In this document: positions 62,014-64,000 of the stretch, in pieces
Layout of the letters: the number at the start of each line of letters is the position of its first letter
Position numbering within the stretch: the first letter of the stretch is position 1
From: an uncultured delta proteobacterium
GTDB taxonomy: Bacteria; Myxococcota_A; Polyangia; Polyangiales; Houyiibacteriaceae
DNA: 64,000 nt
Direction of reading: 5' to 3'
NCBI GenBank assembly: GCA_963699755.1
Contig: CAVOVB010000003.1
Span: 160,001-224,000 of the forward strand
Made by a program: the position numbers and the translations under genes
The notes under the pieces: generated by a model
Seen by the model: the letters and a program-made list of their open reading frames with translations, nothing else
What the model was told of the DNA's origin: nothing
Databases searched by the model: none

Positions 62014-62382
62014 ATGGCCGAGGATTTCAAGAGTTTGAGCGAGCTGGAGGAGCTGATGGGCGAAGAAGGCGGCGCCGCGATCATCGACTTCTGGTCTCCG
62101 AGTTGCGGACCTTGCAAGGCAATGGCCCCGGCCTTCGAGGCCCTGTCCAATGAGCTGGCCGAAGAGCCGATCCGCTTCGTTCGAATCAACACTGCGGCTC
62201 AGGCGAGGCTTGCCCAGCCATTCAACATCCAGTCGGTCCCAACCCTCCTATTCGTCCACAACGGTCAGATACTCGACGTCCGCGTCGGCGCGCTCCCTGG
62301 TCCCGCGTTGGCGAAGAAGGCCCAGTGGCTCCTCCGCAAGGCCAGGGGCGAAGGCTTCTTCTCGAAGCTCTTTGGCGGCTAG
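62014..62382 (+). CDS. Thioredoxin
   Basis: IDFWSPSCGPCK, FNIQSVPTLLF; start MAEDF at 62014. Confidence 0.88.
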   Translation: MAEDFKSLSELEELMGEEGGAAIIDFWSPSCGPCKAMAPAFEALSNELAEEPIRFVRINTAAQARLAQPFNIQSVPTLLFVHNGQILDVRVGALPGPALAKKAQWLLRKARGEGFFSKLFGG

Positions 62383-64000
62383 ATCGGGCTGCCGCCAATG
62401 GCGTTGGCGATGAACGCCTTTTCCATCGGGAACTCGCTCGGAGCATCCCCCACGGGAAAGGTTCGCTCGAGCAGGTTCAGGATGCGGCTCGTGGTTGCAG
62501 GTGTGGCGCGGTTGCTGAACGCAAAGAAGCCACCAAGCGGAGTCATCACCCGGCGCCGCCTATCGACGACGCCATCGAGGATCATCGCGGCCGCACGAGT
62601 TGGCGTCATGACGTCGCGACGTCCGGCATACTCTTGGACGGGCGCCATCATCTCGGTCTTCACCAAGGGCAGGTAAACCGACGAGACGTGAATCCCTTCG
62701 TGTTGGAGCTCGGCCATGAGGGAGTCGCCGAAGGCGTCGAGCGCCGCCTTGGTCGCCAAGTAGGCCGCGAAGTACGGGCCGGGAATGAGCACGCCCATCG
62801 TCAAGACGTGAGAAATCGTGCCGCTGCGCTCGCGAAGGGACGGCAAGAGTCGCAGCGTGAGCCGTACGGGCGCAAAGTAGTTCAACGCCATCGTGCGCTC
62901 GTAGTCGTGGAAACGATCGATCGACGCGACGATCGGGCGGCGAATCGAACGCGCGGCGTTGTGAATGAGGACATCCACCCCGCCGTGCCGCGCGAGCAAC
63001 GAATCGGCCAGCGCATCGACCTCGTCGAACGAGGAAAGATCGGCGGGGTATGCGTGGGCTTCGCCACCGGCCTCTCGGATTCCCTCCACCGCAATTTCGA
63101 GCTTCTCCGCGTCTCGCGCCACGAGCAACACCTTCGCCCCAGCCTCGGCGGCGGTTTGCGCCACCACCAGGCCGATTCCCCGCGAAGCCCCAGTGACGAG
63201 CACGACCTTGCCGGCCAAGGCGCGCCGATATCGAGCCGCGCGCTGCGTCATCGGATCCAGATGATCTTCGTAGTAGCGGTAGAGGGTTCTGGCGTAGCTG
63301 CGCAGGGGTGGGCAGTCGATTCCGGAGCCCAAAAGGGCCGCACGGGTGTTGCTGTCGTCGAAACGAACCTTGGTGTTCATCACGCTGAGGCCGCGACTTG
63401 GTAGACCGAGGTCCTTGAGGAACGCCTCTCGCAGCTCCCGCAAGCTCGGAAGCATCGACAGCAGCGCTACTGTTTTGTTCATGCCGGGCAGCTTCGTCAC
63501 GTCGACCGCGGGACCCAGTCGCGGGCCGCCCGCCGCGGCGACGAACATGTCGGCCATCTTCAAGAGGGAAGGTGGTTTCGGATCTACCAGATGAAAAACT
63601 CGCGCATCGCTCCTGGTGAACGCGATCTGAGTTATCGCATCAGCGACGTAGTCGACCGGAACCAGATTGAACGAGCCGCGAATCCGGGGCACCGGGATGC
63701 GCGCCCAGCGCGGCAAGGCGTATGCGAGCCTTTTGATCGCGCCAAAGCTGAAGTAGACGCCGTCGATGCGGTCCATGGCGCCGGTCCTCGAATCACCCAC
63801 CACGGCGCTTGGCCGGTAGATTCGGAAGTCGAGCCCCGACTCGCGAACTAGCTTCTCCGATGCGAACTTGCTTCGATGATAGGCGCCTGGGAGCCCTTGC
63901 CCCTCTTGGAACATCGCCTCGGTGAAAGTCTCCGCGAAGTCCCCCGCAACCGCGATCGAGCTCACGTGGTGAAGAGTTCCCTCGAACCGAGCCTCCTCGA
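62379..64000 (-). CDS. Two-domain SDR / fatty acyl-CoA reductase-like protein (5' end outside window)
   Basis: Extended-SDR part (HVSSIAVAG, YHRSKFASE, YRPSAVVGDS, NLVPVDYV) fused to a classical SDR (TGASRGIG, NAARSIRR, HDYERTMALNYF, YLATK). Confidence 0.82.
   Translation of the reverse strand, partial: EEARFEGTLHHVSSIAVAGDFAETFTEAMFQEGQGLPGAYHRSKFASEKLVRESGLDFRIYRPSAVVGDSRTGAMDRIDGVYFSFGAIKRLAYALPRWARIPVPRIRGSFNLVPVDYVADAITQIAFTRSDARVFHLVDPKPPSLLKMADMFVAAAGGPRLGPAVDVTKLPGMNKTVALLSMLPSLRELREAFLKDLGLPSRGLSVMNTKVRFDDSNTRAALLGSGIDCPPLRSYARTLYRYYEDHLDPMTQRAARYRRALAGKVVLVTGASRGIGLVVAQTAAEAGAKVLLVARDAEKLEIAVEGIREAGGEAHAYPADLSSFDEVDALADSLLARHGGVDVLIHNAARSIRRPIVASIDRFHDYERTMALNYFAPVRLTLRLLPSLRERSGTISHVLTMGVLIPGPYFAAYLATKAALDAFGDSLMAELQHEGIHVSSVYLPLVKTEMMAPVQEYAGRRDVMTPTRAAAMILDGVVDRRRRVMTPLGGFFAFSNRATPATTSRILNLLERTFPVGDAPSEFPMEKAFIANAIGGSPI

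Overview
GC-rich bacterial chromosomal segment of about 55 protein-coding genes. It is probably from a Myxococcota/deltaproteobacterium (inference from Gly/Thr-linker lipoproteins, a TPR-cNMP protein and an MFE-2-like enzyme). I saw no rRNA, tRNA, CRISPR array, transposase or integrase. Main blocks: (1) 6.5-21.5 kb, an orphan catabolic cluster of two minus-strand operons (Rieske oxygenase, two amidohydrolase_2 enzymes, N-acyl-D-amino-acid deacylase, CoA ligase, DUF849/BKACE, acetoacetate-decarboxylase-fold protein, two ALDHs, two SDRs), both preceded by the same 31-bp motif (26/31 identical), with a divergent LysR. (2) A class II CPD photolyase. (3) An operon resembling animal peroxisomal beta-oxidation (SDR-hydratase2-SCP2-SCP2 fusion, SCPx-type thiolase, TetR) with a palindromic operator. 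(4) An 11-kb energy operon rnfB-[1660-aa PFOR-like]-rnfCDGEA-[small Cys-rich membrane protein]-FNR, abutting a frameshifted beta-propeller gene remnant. (5) A PpiC-HupE/UreJ-DUF3604 triad. (6) MAPEG-pepN-DUF294 nucleotidyltransferase-DEDDh exonuclease. (7) Assorted lipid, steroid and redox genes. All family calls come from recognising motifs by eye; no database searches were run. Several start codons were adjusted from the ORF track.
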